A stretch of DNA of 64,000 nt from IMG/VR virus record IMGVR_UViG_3300030419_007002, positions 32,001-96,000 of that record; one strand, 5' to 3'. The DNA comes from a virus. The position numbers were made by a program, and so were the translations under genes. Below the pieces are notes generated by a model. That model searched no databases and was not told the origin of the DNA. It worked only from the letters and a program-made list of their open reading frames with translations. Shown here one piece after another: positions 53,407 to 63,990 of this stretch (position 1 is its first letter; each line of letters opens with the position of its first letter).

Positions 53407-56400
53407 ATGGCAGAAGCACACGAAGGCGTAAAAGTTAATGGAGTAAAAAGCTATTCTGTGACAAGAATAGATACTCTTGATCTTCTTTCCGAAGGCCCGA
53501 TAGAAGGCCTAGTAAGTGGAGAGCACACCTTCAAATCAGAAGAAGGAAAAATTGGATACACTCCCGACACCAGCCTAGGCGTAAGTGGTTATAAATATCA
53601 ATCATGGGGAGGTGGCACATTAAACCCGAAAGGGGTATTGAGGTCTATATACTGGAACCAAATGCCAATTGTAGATACGCAGGGTCTAGCAAACTTTCAA
53701 GATTTTACATGCGTAGATACGGAAGGATATCCTAATGGTAACCTAGATTCCGGTGGGGGATCCAGACCAGAAACTACCAGAACCACCGCTATAAACGAAA
53801 GGCTAAGAGGACCTACTATAAGAGACGGAAAAAAAACTGGGGCAGTTTTCCCCAAGTATTATAGGATTCTCAATCCAGAGAGCGATAAAGCTCAAGTTAA
53901 TATAAAATTAAATAGCCTCTTTAGAATAGAAAGAGATGAGCCGCATGAATTTGGAGAACAAAAAGATACCTCTGTTCAGATAGCAATTTACTTTAAACCA
54001 ATATTTTCAGACGGAACAGCTGAAGGCGTAAGCCACTATGCCCCAACAGAAGGCGCGGTAAAAACAATCGAAGGCAGAGTAACTCACGGCTTTATTAGAA
54101 GCTATGAGATAACTTTACAGTATAAAGATTCTAATGGAAATGATTTAACAGATAATAATAACTTTTTGGGGTGGGAAATAAAAATAGAAAGACTCACGGG
54201 TGAATCTGAGACCGGTGACGTAAGGGACATCACAACTGTAGATTCAATAACAGAAATATATGGATTAAAATTTGCCTATCCAAACTCAGCGATGGTTTCA
54301 TCTAAATTTCAAGGCGAATACTTTAGCTCCATACCAGAAAGAGCATTCGAAGCAAAAGGTATAAAAGTAAAAATACCCAGTAATTATGATCCAATAATGA
54401 AAAATTACGCCACCCCTCCAACCGCAAATGAAGCGGTTTGGAACGGGCTTTTCAAAGGGGAAATTACGGCTGGAGACGGCAACCATGAATTGCACTATAC
54501 AGATAATCCAGCTTGGATTTTTTATGACCTTATAACTAACAGAAGATACGGATTGGGAAAAACTGTAAGCCCGAACCTTATAGATAAATGGACTTTATAT
54601 GAGATAGCAAGGTATTGCGACGAAATGGTTCCCGATGGCTTCGGTGGTTTTGAACCGAGGTTTGTATGCAATATGTATATAACCACCAGAGCAGAAGCGC
54701 ATAAAGTTGTTAATGATATAGCATCTATTTTTAGGGGAATGGTATATTATGCTGGAGGGAGCATATTCGCAGTGCAGGATTCTCCAAAAGAACCTGTTTT
54801 CCAATTTACAAATGCGAATGTAGAAGACGGAAACTTCAATTACCAAAACAGTAGCACGAAAGTAAGGCACACCTCAGCAGTCATAAGATATAATGATAAA
54901 ACTAATTTCTATAGACCGGCCATAGAGTATGTAGAAGACGTAGACGGAATAAGAAAGTATGGTATAAGAGAAACTGAAATGTCAGCATTCGGCTGCACAA
55001 GCAGGGGTCAAGCTTCTAGATTGGGTAGATGGCTTTTGTTTACAGAAAATCTAGAAACAGAGAGCGTCACTTTTACAGCAGGGCTAGAGTCTACATTTTT
55101 AAAACCCGGAGACGTATTCGCTGTTTCTGATTCTAACAGAAATTCGAACAGGAGAGCCGGTAGACTAGCAGCAACACATGTCGGAACACATTCAGACGGA
55201 AGTGTTAGAACTACTTTAGTTTTTGACTCAAAAAAAGGAGATATAGATTATACAATAGACCCTAATAGAATTTATAAATTATCTGTACTTACCCCCAGTT
55301 ATCACTACGACCCCTCTATGTACGACGTAACTACTAGTGAAGATATACCAGACATAAGAAGGTCACAACTGCAATCTTGTCATTTTACGGGTAGCCAAAT
55401 CGTTGCGGGAAATACGATTTATAGTACTGATTATTTTAATAATGACGCAATACAATTATACACAGGCTTTAACACAGTAGATTATAAGCTAGATAAAGAC
55501 TGTATTTGGATGATAGAGCCGGAGGGGACGAACTACAATGTTTCTGATTTTGAAGAGTCTTTCACCACTGCTAGTAAATACAGAGTAGTTTCTATAAATG
55601 AAGTAGAACCTAATAAGTTCAGCATCGCTGGCGTAGAATATAAAGATCAAAAATACTCATCGGTAGAGAAGGGTATAAGCTTTGACGACACAAACGTAGT
55701 TTTTACTCCGGGGCACCCCGGAGGAATAACAACCGTCGAACATACGCCTTGTCAAGATTGTCATACCAAAATAATAAGATACACGATAACACATTGTAGC
55801 TCTAATGCAAATCACACATGCAGAAAAGGATTAAATACATATTACGTATATTCAAAATACGCGGGAAACGGTAGCCAAGCTGAGAAATGGAAAGCCAGAG
55901 ATTTCCTTACAAGATACAGCCTTTCTCAATTAGGGGCAGCTAGCGAGGATTCAGATATTACAGATGACAGTTTTATACCAGACGCTAAATATCTCATAGG
56001 TACTCCCGCTTGGAATGTACAACAAGGTAATCACCATGGAAGTTTTGTTCCAAGCCAAGAGGGGCATTACCAATTTAAAGCATTTGCGGTTAATGCTCAT
56101 GGCACACATTCTTCTAGAAGTGCAAATACATCAAGGCACGTAGATAATGTGCGCCCAGTCGAAGACGTTACAATTAATTCGTTAGCCTTTAGCGAAGATA
56201 CTGACACAAATGCAGCTGGACAAGTAGTAGCAGATTGTGCGAAAAAAGAACCGCCGAATGACCCAACTAATGGATTAGGCTTTTCTTGGCTTGCGCAAAT
56301 AGCAGATGGTTCATCTTTTAGCAGTAGCCTTTCGTATAGAATAACATTTAGAGATGTGTCCTCCAATAATACCCCTAATGGAAATATATTTTATGAAATA

Positions 56401-57897
56401 AAAGATCATAAAGCTTCTCAAACGGAAGGAACTTATTTTTATATTTTTCCGTTCTCAACTCATGCCGTGGTTAATGGTGGACCAAGAAGGAATTTTGATA
56501 TAGTTGTAGAAGCGCATGATGAATTTTATAATTCTTCTGCCGGAGGAAATGTAGAAAACGGAGATGGGAACTGGAGCAACAATCAAGGGTATGATATATT
56601 TAGAGTAACTGATCATAAAATACCTGCTCCAGTTTTGACAGATTGGAGCAGCACAAGCGAATGCACCAATACTACTTGGTGTACTGATGCAAATATAGAA
56701 TTAAATGGTGATATAAGAGTTTTATTCACGAGGCTCAATCCGATACATAACGCGACCTCTAACCCCGGTGGATGGAGTTGTCTGGGAGGAGATATAGCTG
56801 GAGGCTATGTCTATGCTTGGCCAGAGAATGTAAACATAAACCCACAGACTCAAATCGCTGGAAAAACAATTTCCCAACTCCCATCTCAAGTAGAAGCTAT
56901 GAGATTCCAAACTTCAGACAACCCTGTTTCAGTTACTCCTAAAAATAGCAATATAAGATTAGCTAAAGAATTAAATGTATGTATGGGATTTTATGATAAC
57001 TTTGGAAAAGCCAGATCCCTTACGGACTCTTCTTATAACGTAGAAGCAGATATAAATATATCCAATGATATAAAAATAACATTTAAAACAGACACTCTAT
57101 ATAGCTTAGTGGGTCAGGGAACAAACATATGGATCAGGATGAAGAAAAACGGAGACTGGATAGGAAGAGGGATAGTGTGTGTAGAAAAATTACCTCCGGA
57201 TGGAGACGATGGTAGCGGGGCTATATATGGCGTTAATCAAGGTTTATATGGGTTTAGAAGGTGGTCATGTGATTCACATGCTACATGGTATTTATCTCCA
57301 TGGGGATCTCACGCTCTTATAACTTGGGCAGGCGGCGCCAATTATCCGGAGACACCAATTTGGAACTATTATTGTGGCTATGTTGAACCAAGGCTAGAAG
57401 GTGGCTTGTTAGAAAATAACAGTACCTTTACCAGCACTCAGATAAATGCGGGGTTAGACTATAAAAGGTATAGAGTATATATAGCCACAGACTCCCTTCC
57501 CCCCGATGACAACTACGCCATAGTTGGTACAAATGCTAGAAATTCTGATTACAGAAGGCCAGATGACCCGATCGTAGGTTTTTTGAAAAATGCCTACGAT
57601 AGCCCCGACCACGAAGATTCCTCTACTTGGATGAACCCCGATCCTGCTGGATCAACTTATGGCTGGGGGGAGGGTTATCCATTACTTCAGAGCAGCCCGG
57701 AATACGAACACCACCCAGCGGGCTTTGGGCAAGGCTTCGGGGGAATGAAAAAAGAGAGAACATATTTTGACGTGCACATGGGTAGACTTATAGATGGAAG
57801 CTACCTAGATGAAGCGTACTTTAAGGTGGTAAGCAAGAGCTCAGCACTTTCCGAAACGAATACTTGGGAAGATGCTAAGAATCTAGGAGATTGTTAA
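53407..57897 (+). CDS. Central tail fibre / host specificity protein, lambda gpJ-like
   Basis: DLLSEGPIEGLV, YPNSA, KIPSNYDP, TDNPAWIFYD...RYGLG, EPRF.CN, FRGM, AFGCTSRGQA.R.GRW, FnIII-like segments. Confidence 0.95.
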   Translation: MAEAHEGVKVNGVKSYSVTRIDTLDLLSEGPIEGLVSGEHTFKSEEGKIGYTPDTSLGVSGYKYQSWGGGTLNPKGVLRSIYWNQMPIVDTQGLANFQDFTCVDTEGYPNGNLDSGGGSRPETTRTTAINERLRGPTIRDGKKTGAVFPKYYRILNPESDKAQVNIKLNSLFRIERDEPHEFGEQKDTSVQIAIYFKPIFSDGTAEGVSHYAPTEGAVKTIEGRVTHGFIRSYEITLQYKDSNGNDLTDNNNFLGWEIKIERLTGESETGDVRDITTVDSITEIYGLKFAYPNSAMVSSKFQGEYFSSIPERAFEAKGIKVKIPSNYDPIMKNYATPPTANEAVWNGLFKGEITAGDGNHELHYTDNPAWIFYDLITNRRYGLGKTVSPNLIDKWTLYEIARYCDEMVPDGFGGFEPRFVCNMYITTRAEAHKVVNDIASIFRGMVYYAGGSIFAVQDSPKEPVFQFTNANVEDGNFNYQNSSTKVRHTSAVIRYNDKTNFYRPAIEYVEDVDGIRKYGIRETEMSAFGCTSRGQASRLGRWLLFTENLETESVTFTAGLESTFLKPGDVFAVSDSNRNSNRRAGRLAATHVGTHSDGSVRTTLVFDSKKGDIDYTIDPNRIYKLSVLTPSYHYDPSMYDVTTSEDIPDIRRSQLQSCHFTGSQIVAGNTIYSTDYFNNDAIQLYTGFNTVDYKLDKDCIWMIEPEGTNYNVSDFEESFTTASKYRVVSINEVEPNKFSIAGVEYKDQKYSSVEKGISFDDTNVVFTPGHPGGITTVEHTPCQDCHTKIIRYTITHCSSNANHTCRKGLNTYYVYSKYAGNGSQAEKWKARDFLTRYSLSQLGAASEDSDITDDSFIPDAKYLIGTPAWNVQQGNHHGSFVPSQEGHYQFKAFAVNAHGTHSSRSANTSRHVDNVRPVEDVTINSLAFSEDTDTNAAGQVVADCAKKEPPNDPTNGLGFSWLAQIADGSSFSSSLSYRITFRDVSSNNTPNGNIFYEIKDHKASQTEGTYFYIFPFSTHAVVNGGPRRNFDIVVEAHDEFYNSSAGGNVENGDGNWSNNQGYDIFRVTDHKIPAPVLTDWSSTSECTNTTWCTDANIELNGDIRVLFTRLNPIHNATSNPGGWSCLGGDIAGGYVYAWPENVNINPQTQIAGKTISQLPSQVEAMRFQTSDNPVSVTPKNSNIRLAKELNVCMGFYDNFGKARSLTDSSYNVEADINISNDIKITFKTDTLYSLVGQGTNIWIRMKKNGDWIGRGIVCVEKLPPDGDDGSGAIYGVNQGLYGFRRWSCDSHATWYLSPWGSHALITWAGGANYPETPIWNYYCGYVEPRLEGGLLENNSTFTSTQINAGLDYKRYRVYIATDSLPPDDNYAIVGTNARNSDYRRPDDPIVGFLKNAYDSPDHEDSSTWMNPDPAGSTYGWGEGYPLLQSSPEYEHHPAGFGQGFGGMKKERTYFDVHMGRLIDGSYLDEAYFKVVSKSSALSETNTWEDAKNLGDC

Positions 57898-57898
57898 T

Positions 57899-58648
57899 AT
57901 GAATAATAATTTAATAATATTTTTAGAAAATGGAACTAAGAAAAAATTATCTTTTCCGCTAAACGATAGCGAAGAAAAAGCTATAGAAAAGATGAATGAA
58001 ATTTATGGTCACCTTAAAATAAAAAAATATTTTTACCTACCTCATGATGAAAAATATTTAGATATAGAATCTTATTCTTTAGATAATTTTGAAAAGCTTA
58101 AAGTAGATGAAAGAATATCTATTATAAGAAATAAAATGTTACTTATAAGAAGGAAAAGAGATTTGCTTCTTAAAGAGTTAGATTTGTCTTTCATGAGATC
58201 TTTAGAAGATGACTGTAAAATGTGTACAGAAAAAATAGTTGAATTAAAAAAATTCCTCAGAGATCTTCCGCAAAAATTAAGGTTTGACGAAATAGAAGAT
58301 ATAGAAGACTTAAAAGATTATAATCCGTTTAATAATATATTTGATATACATGTGATACAACGGGGTAAAGAATATAAAACTCCTCCGAATATAAAAGTTT
58401 TACCTCCATCAGATCAATATTTTGGCTTCGAAGCGAAAGCTGTAGCCGAAATAGAAAATGGATCAATAAAAAACATTAAAGTTATTGACCCCGGTTGTGG
58501 ATACGCCAGAAAACCAACGGTTATTATAGCCCCCCCGTTTGAAGGAGCTCCACCAAGCCATATCGGTGTTGCATCTGCTGGATTGCCACAAAATGCCACG
58601 GAAGACCTTAGAGGGATCGCTATGCTCTCTGATATTAAAATTGATTAG
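57899..58648 (+). CDS. Tail-associated protein (fibre-assembly-like RDLP domain + beta-repeat domain)
   Basis: R..RD.LL..LD...LRDLP; G..Y..PP....A.A....G.I..I.V.DPG.GY...PTV.I.PP. Confidence 0.55.
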   Translation: MNNNLIIFLENGTKKKLSFPLNDSEEKAIEKMNEIYGHLKIKKYFYLPHDEKYLDIESYSLDNFEKLKVDERISIIRNKMLLIRRKRDLLLKELDLSFMRSLEDDCKMCTEKIVELKKFLRDLPQKLRFDEIEDIEDLKDYNPFNNIFDIHVIQRGKEYKTPPNIKVLPPSDQYFGFEAKAVAEIENGSIKNIKVIDPGCGYARKPTVIIAPPFEGAPPSHIGVASAGLPQNATEDLRGIAMLSDIKID

Positions 58649-61600
58649 TATAAAAGACCACCCGGACGCTTCTCTTCTATAATGGTTCTTACTACAACCT
58701 GCTGCACTTTATCTGCTAGTGCTTTTCCTTGACCTTCTTGATCATTACCGCCTTCAGTATTGGTTTGAGCATTTCCGGCTTCATCAATATTTATTGTGAC
58801 ACTAATATTGTTTGTCATTTCGCCAGCGCTTGGTCCACCTTCGCCTGTTCGTATTCCAGAATTATTGCCTACGTAACCGCCCTCTGCGAACTTCCAAACT
58901 TTGCCGCTATTCAATTTATTGAAAAACTCAAGGCCATATTTATCTACTGCAGCCTTTTGCATTACGAACTCTCCATCAGTTAATAATGCTGCTATATCGT
59001 CCGTTTCCCCCGCTCTGGGAGAGCCCTTCGCGCGTTTGCCTATTTTCGGAGCCATGTATTGACCGAAGTAGCCTCTATTAACCGTACCCATCGGGCCAGT
59101 AGCACCAGAAGCGCTGAATCCCCACATGCCGCCTCTTGTATGTCTAGCCTGTATTTGTGAGCCACCCATTAGGCCTCTAGAATAATTTGGCATACCGCCA
59201 AGGTCTCCGCCCGGGCCAACCATTTTGTTATAGCTGCCTATATCATTAGCTATAGAAGCTCTGGTTGCCGGATCCATAGCGTTATACAGGGGAGACCTAG
59301 GATTATTGATATCATGGTTCAATCTTTTTAGTTCTTTTGGAGATAGCTCTGCACCACTATTATATTTTTCTATTAATGTATTAGATCTTTTGGCTTGATA
59401 ATTTTGTATTTGGTTAGCTAGACCCATAACGGCTAAAGACACACCCGCTTGTATAAACGCCCCTCTGGCCTGCCTCCTCTTTTGATCTTCAAAATCTTGA
59501 AGAGCTTGGGCTTTTTCTTTTTCAAAATCAGCTTTTTCTTTTATGTAATTTACAAGGTTTTCGTATCTTTCAAATTTTAATTCGTTCTGAGGGTTATCTG
59601 GATCGGTCAAAGCGAAAGCAGACATCCTAGGATCAACCTCGAAGTTTCCATGGGTTGGTCTTTTAGCATCATTATATACATATCTATTTATCATAGATGT
59701 TCCTTCTGGGGACTCAGTATAAACTGTCTTTCCAGTTTTTTCTGCCATGCTCATCTCTTCAATATCTTTGTACTTAAGTAATCCACGGGCGGCGAATCCT
59801 TGCTTGTCATCGCCCATATGTACAAGGCCGCCAGTGTTCATCTTCAAAAATCTTCCGTTATTCAAAGACGCAAAGAACTCGGGGCCATAAGCATCTACCA
59901 TACTTTTTCTTATGACGAATTCTCCAGCTTGGAGTCTAGCAGGAACATCATCCTTATACCCGCTACCCCCAGTAACCATGCCACCTTTTGCAAAGCCGGG
60001 GCCATATCCCATTGCTGCGCCCGCCATAGCGCCGAATAAACGCTGCATAGCCATTTTCAACAGGCCACCTAGTATGTCTTTAGCTAAGTCTTTAAACAGA
60101 TCTCTGAACGCGTCCTTGAGCTTCTTAGTGCCGAATATGGCTGCATTTAAAGCGTCCGTTATGCCGTCCCTAAGATTAAGGGCTAGGGCATTTACCATGT
60201 TATCCAAATCATTGGTCATGTCTCTGTTATCGTATAACAGTGCGCTGCCGAAAGTTCTTCCTGCATTAGAAGCTCCATATCGTCCTTGCTGAATTGCTGT
60301 TTGATTTTCTGCAGCTATTCTGTTTCTAACGTCCTGAGTAGTACCTATACCCATTCTGTATTGCTCTTCAGCTATCTCTCTCATAGCTGTTGCAATAACA
60401 TGACTGTATGCTTGAGTTTTTTGTATTTCTGATAGCTTAGAATTATTTAACTTTTCAGATGATTCAGCTAACTTTTTGTATAGTCTTATTTGCTCATCAA
60501 CTGCTATGTTGGATTCTGCTATCGCAGTGCTAGCTTGCCACTGCATATCATTCAATTTGCTTTCAGCAGTAAATCCTTCCCCCCTAAAGGCGGGGCTAGT
60601 CATTGTCCGTGATGCGAAAGCTGCCCTTATCCCCTCGGCTGTCGTTAGTCTGTCTTTGCTCTTCTGAGTATTTAGCATCGTGCTTAACATGCCACCCCTA
60701 GTAGTTAAATCGCGCCTTAATGTTGCACCCAGCACAGGCGCCCGCTTAGCAAATTCTTTTGCAGCTTCTTTGTCCCCTTCTTTTGTGTTTCTATCAAGCA
60801 CGTCTCCGGGAGGGGCATCTTCTGACATAGTGCCCTTATAGGCTCCGGCTAATTTCTTTATGAATTTGAACACTGGAGAATGCTCGAAGGTCCATGGTGC
60901 TTTGCTTGCGGCGCTTGCTTGTTCTTCTGAAATTTTCTTTCTAACTACCGCCAATTTTGCTTCTAGAGCTTCTACAGTTTTAGTAAACTTCATGAAAGGG
61001 GACAGCTTCTCATTCCAAGTACTTTCGTCTATTAGGTCTCCGAAATTCTCGTTAATAAGTTTATCCCAAGCTTCGTTGTTGCCCCGCCTAGGTAAGTCAC
61101 CGAAGTGCTCGCTCTCTACTCTTGTTTTGGGGTCCGCTAACTGCAGGGTATGTATTGCTTTTGTGAGCCTTTGAGCTTCCGCTTGTAGCTTAGCTGTTCT
61201 TCTAAAATTTTGATTTGATAAGTTTTGAATTATTTTAACGGGGCTATTTTGGCTCGCCTCGGCAGCATTAGCAGGAGTAGTTAGGTTTGCTCGCATTTGC
61301 GCCTGAGCCGCTTCCTTCTTTTCTACTTCTTCGGCAGCTTTACGAACCGCCGCTTTTCTCTTTTCTTCAGCTTTGCTTGTCATACCTCCTGCAGACATAG
61401 GCAAAACTTCCGCTGCCAATGGGCCAAAGTTTTCATTGCCTCCTCCCACTCCTCTCATCTCCCGAAGTCTTTGTATTACCCCATCAATCATGGGATTAAG
61501 ATTATCTACGGCAACGCCAAGATTATCAGCTACTTTACTCAAATCATCGTCTTGCTTCTCCTGATTTTGAACCATTCTGTCCATTGATTCACCAACGTCG

Positions 61601-63990
61601 GGAGATCCATGCAGTCTACCATCTATAGATGATAACATGTCATAAGCCTCCCATATAGCATATTCCACATCTTGCACGGGTGCAACTAGATTACTTTGTG
61701 GCAAATTTTTAGGATCACCGTATTTTTTTTCAATTGCTTTTCTTAATTTATTTTGATAATCCTCTATGCGCTCGCTTCCCATTTGGGGTCTGGGTAAGCC
61801 CCATTTATCTAGCTTTTTGAGAAATTCCAGAAACGCTTTGTTCTGCCTCTGGACTACCCTACTGTGCTCTTGTCTTTTCTGGTTATAGCTTGGGTTACCG
61901 CTCATAGGTGCATGTCCCGGGCCACCCTCATGGAAGCCATCCCTTAGGGCCTCTCCGGCGTAAAAATACCTAGGATGTTTACGCTTGCCACCCTTCATTT
62001 TGATTGCGCTACCGGCGTAGCTTCCATAATCTGGCTGATAAGGCATAGTCCTTTCTGCCTCTCGTATAAGGTTGAATGCTTCCCATTTATTGGGGCCAGA
62101 GTATAAAGGTTTTTTTGGCTTTTTTGATTGAGGACCAAGAGCAGGAGATCCCGACAGGCCCGCACCACCCGGGCCGCCAGTGCCACCCGCCCCACCGCTA
62201 GGAGCAGGCATCGGCCCATAAGGCGCGGGGGGTACGAGGTTCGGTGCCCAAGGACCTTGAGGGTGAGCAGCTTTAGACCTAGCATGTATTTCTGCAGCCT
62301 CCTTCATTGCTTGGGCGGCCCTTTCCGCAGCTAAAGCTGCTGCTTCTTGTCTTAAAACGTTAGCCGTCCAGTCGTCTATCTTCATGGCCTCTTGTTGCTC
62401 CTTCGCTACCCGAGCCATTTCCTCTGCTGCTTCTTGTTTTTTTAATTCTTTTTGTTCTGTGTCGAAAGCTTCATAATTTTTGTCTACATCGAACTGTTTT
62501 CTTATCCACTCTTTCAACTCTGGGCTAAACTGATCCATTCCCTGCGGGTGAAACCCTTGTTCATAGCCCATTCTTAAATTACTTTCTATAAGACTTCTTA
62601 TAGCTTCAAAATCATCTAGTGTTGCGCCGCCCTCTTTGTCGGTATGGTGTTGATAATCTCTTCTAGACTGAGATAGATTCCCAAATATACCGGGGTTCAT
62701 AGCGAGATCTCCCCCTTTGAGCGCGAACTGTTTTAATATTCTATCTGCAACTTCATCTATGTCAAATTTACCCCTTGCCATCTGCATCTCAGGCTTAACC
62801 TCTTTTGGCTCGGGCGTGGATAACAACGGTTTGCCGTCTGGACCCATTTTTTCACTAGGAGGAACAACCCCTTTGACCGGCGGGGTTTCTGGGGCATCAG
62901 GTTTTGTCCTTGCTGATTCGGGTTTTCTTTGACTTGGGGTCATTCCGCCGCCCGGCTGAGCCATGCCTTGATTCGGGACAGATTGAGCGCCACGGGTTTT
63001 TACTTGCCTTATTATTTCTTTTACCGCGTCCCTAACTATCTTAAATGTACTTTGTCCGGCAGCAGTTGTAGCGCCCATTAAATTACTTCCCATCGCGCTA
63101 AGCGACGGGGGAAGGGTGGGTTTACTAGTTCTTCCACCCTTCTGCTGCTGTGCTTGGCCCATGTTTTCGGGGCCCACCATTTCCGTTCCGGGTACGGCTC
63201 TTGCTCCGGTTCCCGGGACAACCGCTATTCCCGATCCCAAAGCGGCGCTTGCCATTTTGCTTATATTTTCAAATAAGCTGTTGTTTCCTTCGAGATATCT
63301 TCTAACTAGCTCTGCAGGGCTATCCTCCTTGAAAGTGGCCTCAAACTGCATTGCAGCGCGTTTATAGGCCGTTTCTGGGTCCAAGGACGTTCCCAGACTT
63401 TGCATAAGGCGCATCTGATTTTCGGCATTTTTCTCAATCATTCTGCTTCTCATGTCCTCTGGAATGTCGCTCTCCCCATAGCCCAGAGTTTTGAGTTGTT
63501 TGGCCATAGCCAAATCTGTTTCTGCTCGCATTTGTTGTCCAATAGCGCTACCCTCTCCAAAGTGCTGGATCATATTTTGCTTGTCTTGAATGTTCATTAC
63601 ATTATTAAGACTGCTGCCTAATAGATTCGCTTCGAATCCTCCGCCCCAGTTTATGTTGCGTTGGATTTTTTGGACTTCCATTTGCTCACGCATCCGATCC
63701 CCAATGCTTTGCCTTTGTAAATCGTATGAGCGTTTGTTTAGTTCGAAATTAGCTTTTCCGTTTGTAGCTATTGATCTTAACTGCAAAAGAGTTTTTTGTC
63801 TTTGAGCTATTTCTTGTTGAAGCCGCTGACCCCCCTTTGAATAATCTGCGAATTGTCCGGTCGCAGCCTCTTCGCCAGAATAAATCTTGGCCATGTGTTT
63901 GGTTTCTGATTCTAGACTCGAAATAAATTCGTTTAATCTCCCTTGCCCGACTTCAAAAGAATGATTGAATCCTTCTGTTATGTGCTGCAT
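58645..63990 (-). CDS. Tail tape measure protein, 5'-truncated by the window edge
   Basis: >1780 aa helical A/Q/E/K-rich; two gpH-type motifs AKGGMVTGGSG.KDDVPA.L..GEFV and DDIAALLTDGEFV; C-terminal EKRPGGLLY; frame open to the window end. Confidence 0.88.
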   Translation of the reverse strand: MQHITEGFNHSFEVGQGRLNEFISSLESETKHMAKIYSGEEAATGQFADYSKGGQRLQQEIAQRQKTLLQLRSIATNGKANFELNKRSYDLQRQSIGDRMREQMEVQKIQRNINWGGGFEANLLGSSLNNVMNIQDKQNMIQHFGEGSAIGQQMRAETDLAMAKQLKTLGYGESDIPEDMRSRMIEKNAENQMRLMQSLGTSLDPETAYKRAAMQFEATFKEDSPAELVRRYLEGNNSLFENISKMASAALGSGIAVVPGTGARAVPGTEMVGPENMGQAQQQKGGRTSKPTLPPSLSAMGSNLMGATTAAGQSTFKIVRDAVKEIIRQVKTRGAQSVPNQGMAQPGGGMTPSQRKPESARTKPDAPETPPVKGVVPPSEKMGPDGKPLLSTPEPKEVKPEMQMARGKFDIDEVADRILKQFALKGGDLAMNPGIFGNLSQSRRDYQHHTDKEGGATLDDFEAIRSLIESNLRMGYEQGFHPQGMDQFSPELKEWIRKQFDVDKNYEAFDTEQKELKKQEAAEEMARVAKEQQEAMKIDDWTANVLRQEAAALAAERAAQAMKEAAEIHARSKAAHPQGPWAPNLVPPAPYGPMPAPSGGAGGTGGPGGAGLSGSPALGPQSKKPKKPLYSGPNKWEAFNLIREAERTMPYQPDYGSYAGSAIKMKGGKRKHPRYFYAGEALRDGFHEGGPGHAPMSGNPSYNQKRQEHSRVVQRQNKAFLEFLKKLDKWGLPRPQMGSERIEDYQNKLRKAIEKKYGDPKNLPQSNLVAPVQDVEYAIWEAYDMLSSIDGRLHGSPDVGESMDRMVQNQEKQDDDLSKVADNLGVAVDNLNPMIDGVIQRLREMRGVGGGNENFGPLAAEVLPMSAGGMTSKAEEKRKAAVRKAAEEVEKKEAAQAQMRANLTTPANAAEASQNSPVKIIQNLSNQNFRRTAKLQAEAQRLTKAIHTLQLADPKTRVESEHFGDLPRRGNNEAWDKLINENFGDLIDESTWNEKLSPFMKFTKTVEALEAKLAVVRKKISEEQASAASKAPWTFEHSPVFKFIKKLAGAYKGTMSEDAPPGDVLDRNTKEGDKEAAKEFAKRAPVLGATLRRDLTTRGGMLSTMLNTQKSKDRLTTAEGIRAAFASRTMTSPAFRGEGFTAESKLNDMQWQASTAIAESNIAVDEQIRLYKKLAESSEKLNNSKLSEIQKTQAYSHVIATAMREIAEEQYRMGIGTTQDVRNRIAAENQTAIQQGRYGASNAGRTFGSALLYDNRDMTNDLDNMVNALALNLRDGITDALNAAIFGTKKLKDAFRDLFKDLAKDILGGLLKMAMQRLFGAMAGAAMGYGPGFAKGGMVTGGSGYKDDVPARLQAGEFVIRKSMVDAYGPEFFASLNNGRFLKMNTGGLVHMGDDKQGFAARGLLKYKDIEEMSMAEKTGKTVYTESPEGTSMINRYVYNDAKRPTHGNFEVDPRMSAFALTDPDNPQNELKFERYENLVNYIKEKADFEKEKAQALQDFEDQKRRQARGAFIQAGVSLAVMGLANQIQNYQAKRSNTLIEKYNSGAELSPKELKRLNHDINNPRSPLYNAMDPATRASIANDIGSYNKMVGPGGDLGGMPNYSRGLMGGSQIQARHTRGGMWGFSASGATGPMGTVNRGYFGQYMAPKIGKRAKGSPRAGETDDIAALLTDGEFVMQKAAVDKYGLEFFNKLNSGKVWKFAEGGYVGNNSGIRTGEGGPSAGEMTNNISVTINIDEAGNAQTNTEGGNDQEGQGKALADKVQQVVVRTIIEEKRPGGLLY

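Noticed and set aside
58729-63805. Many short plus-strand ORFs opposite the tape measure gene, and similar antisense ORFs elsewhere
   Set aside because: Shadow ORFs inside well-supported genes, with no motifs or initiation signals
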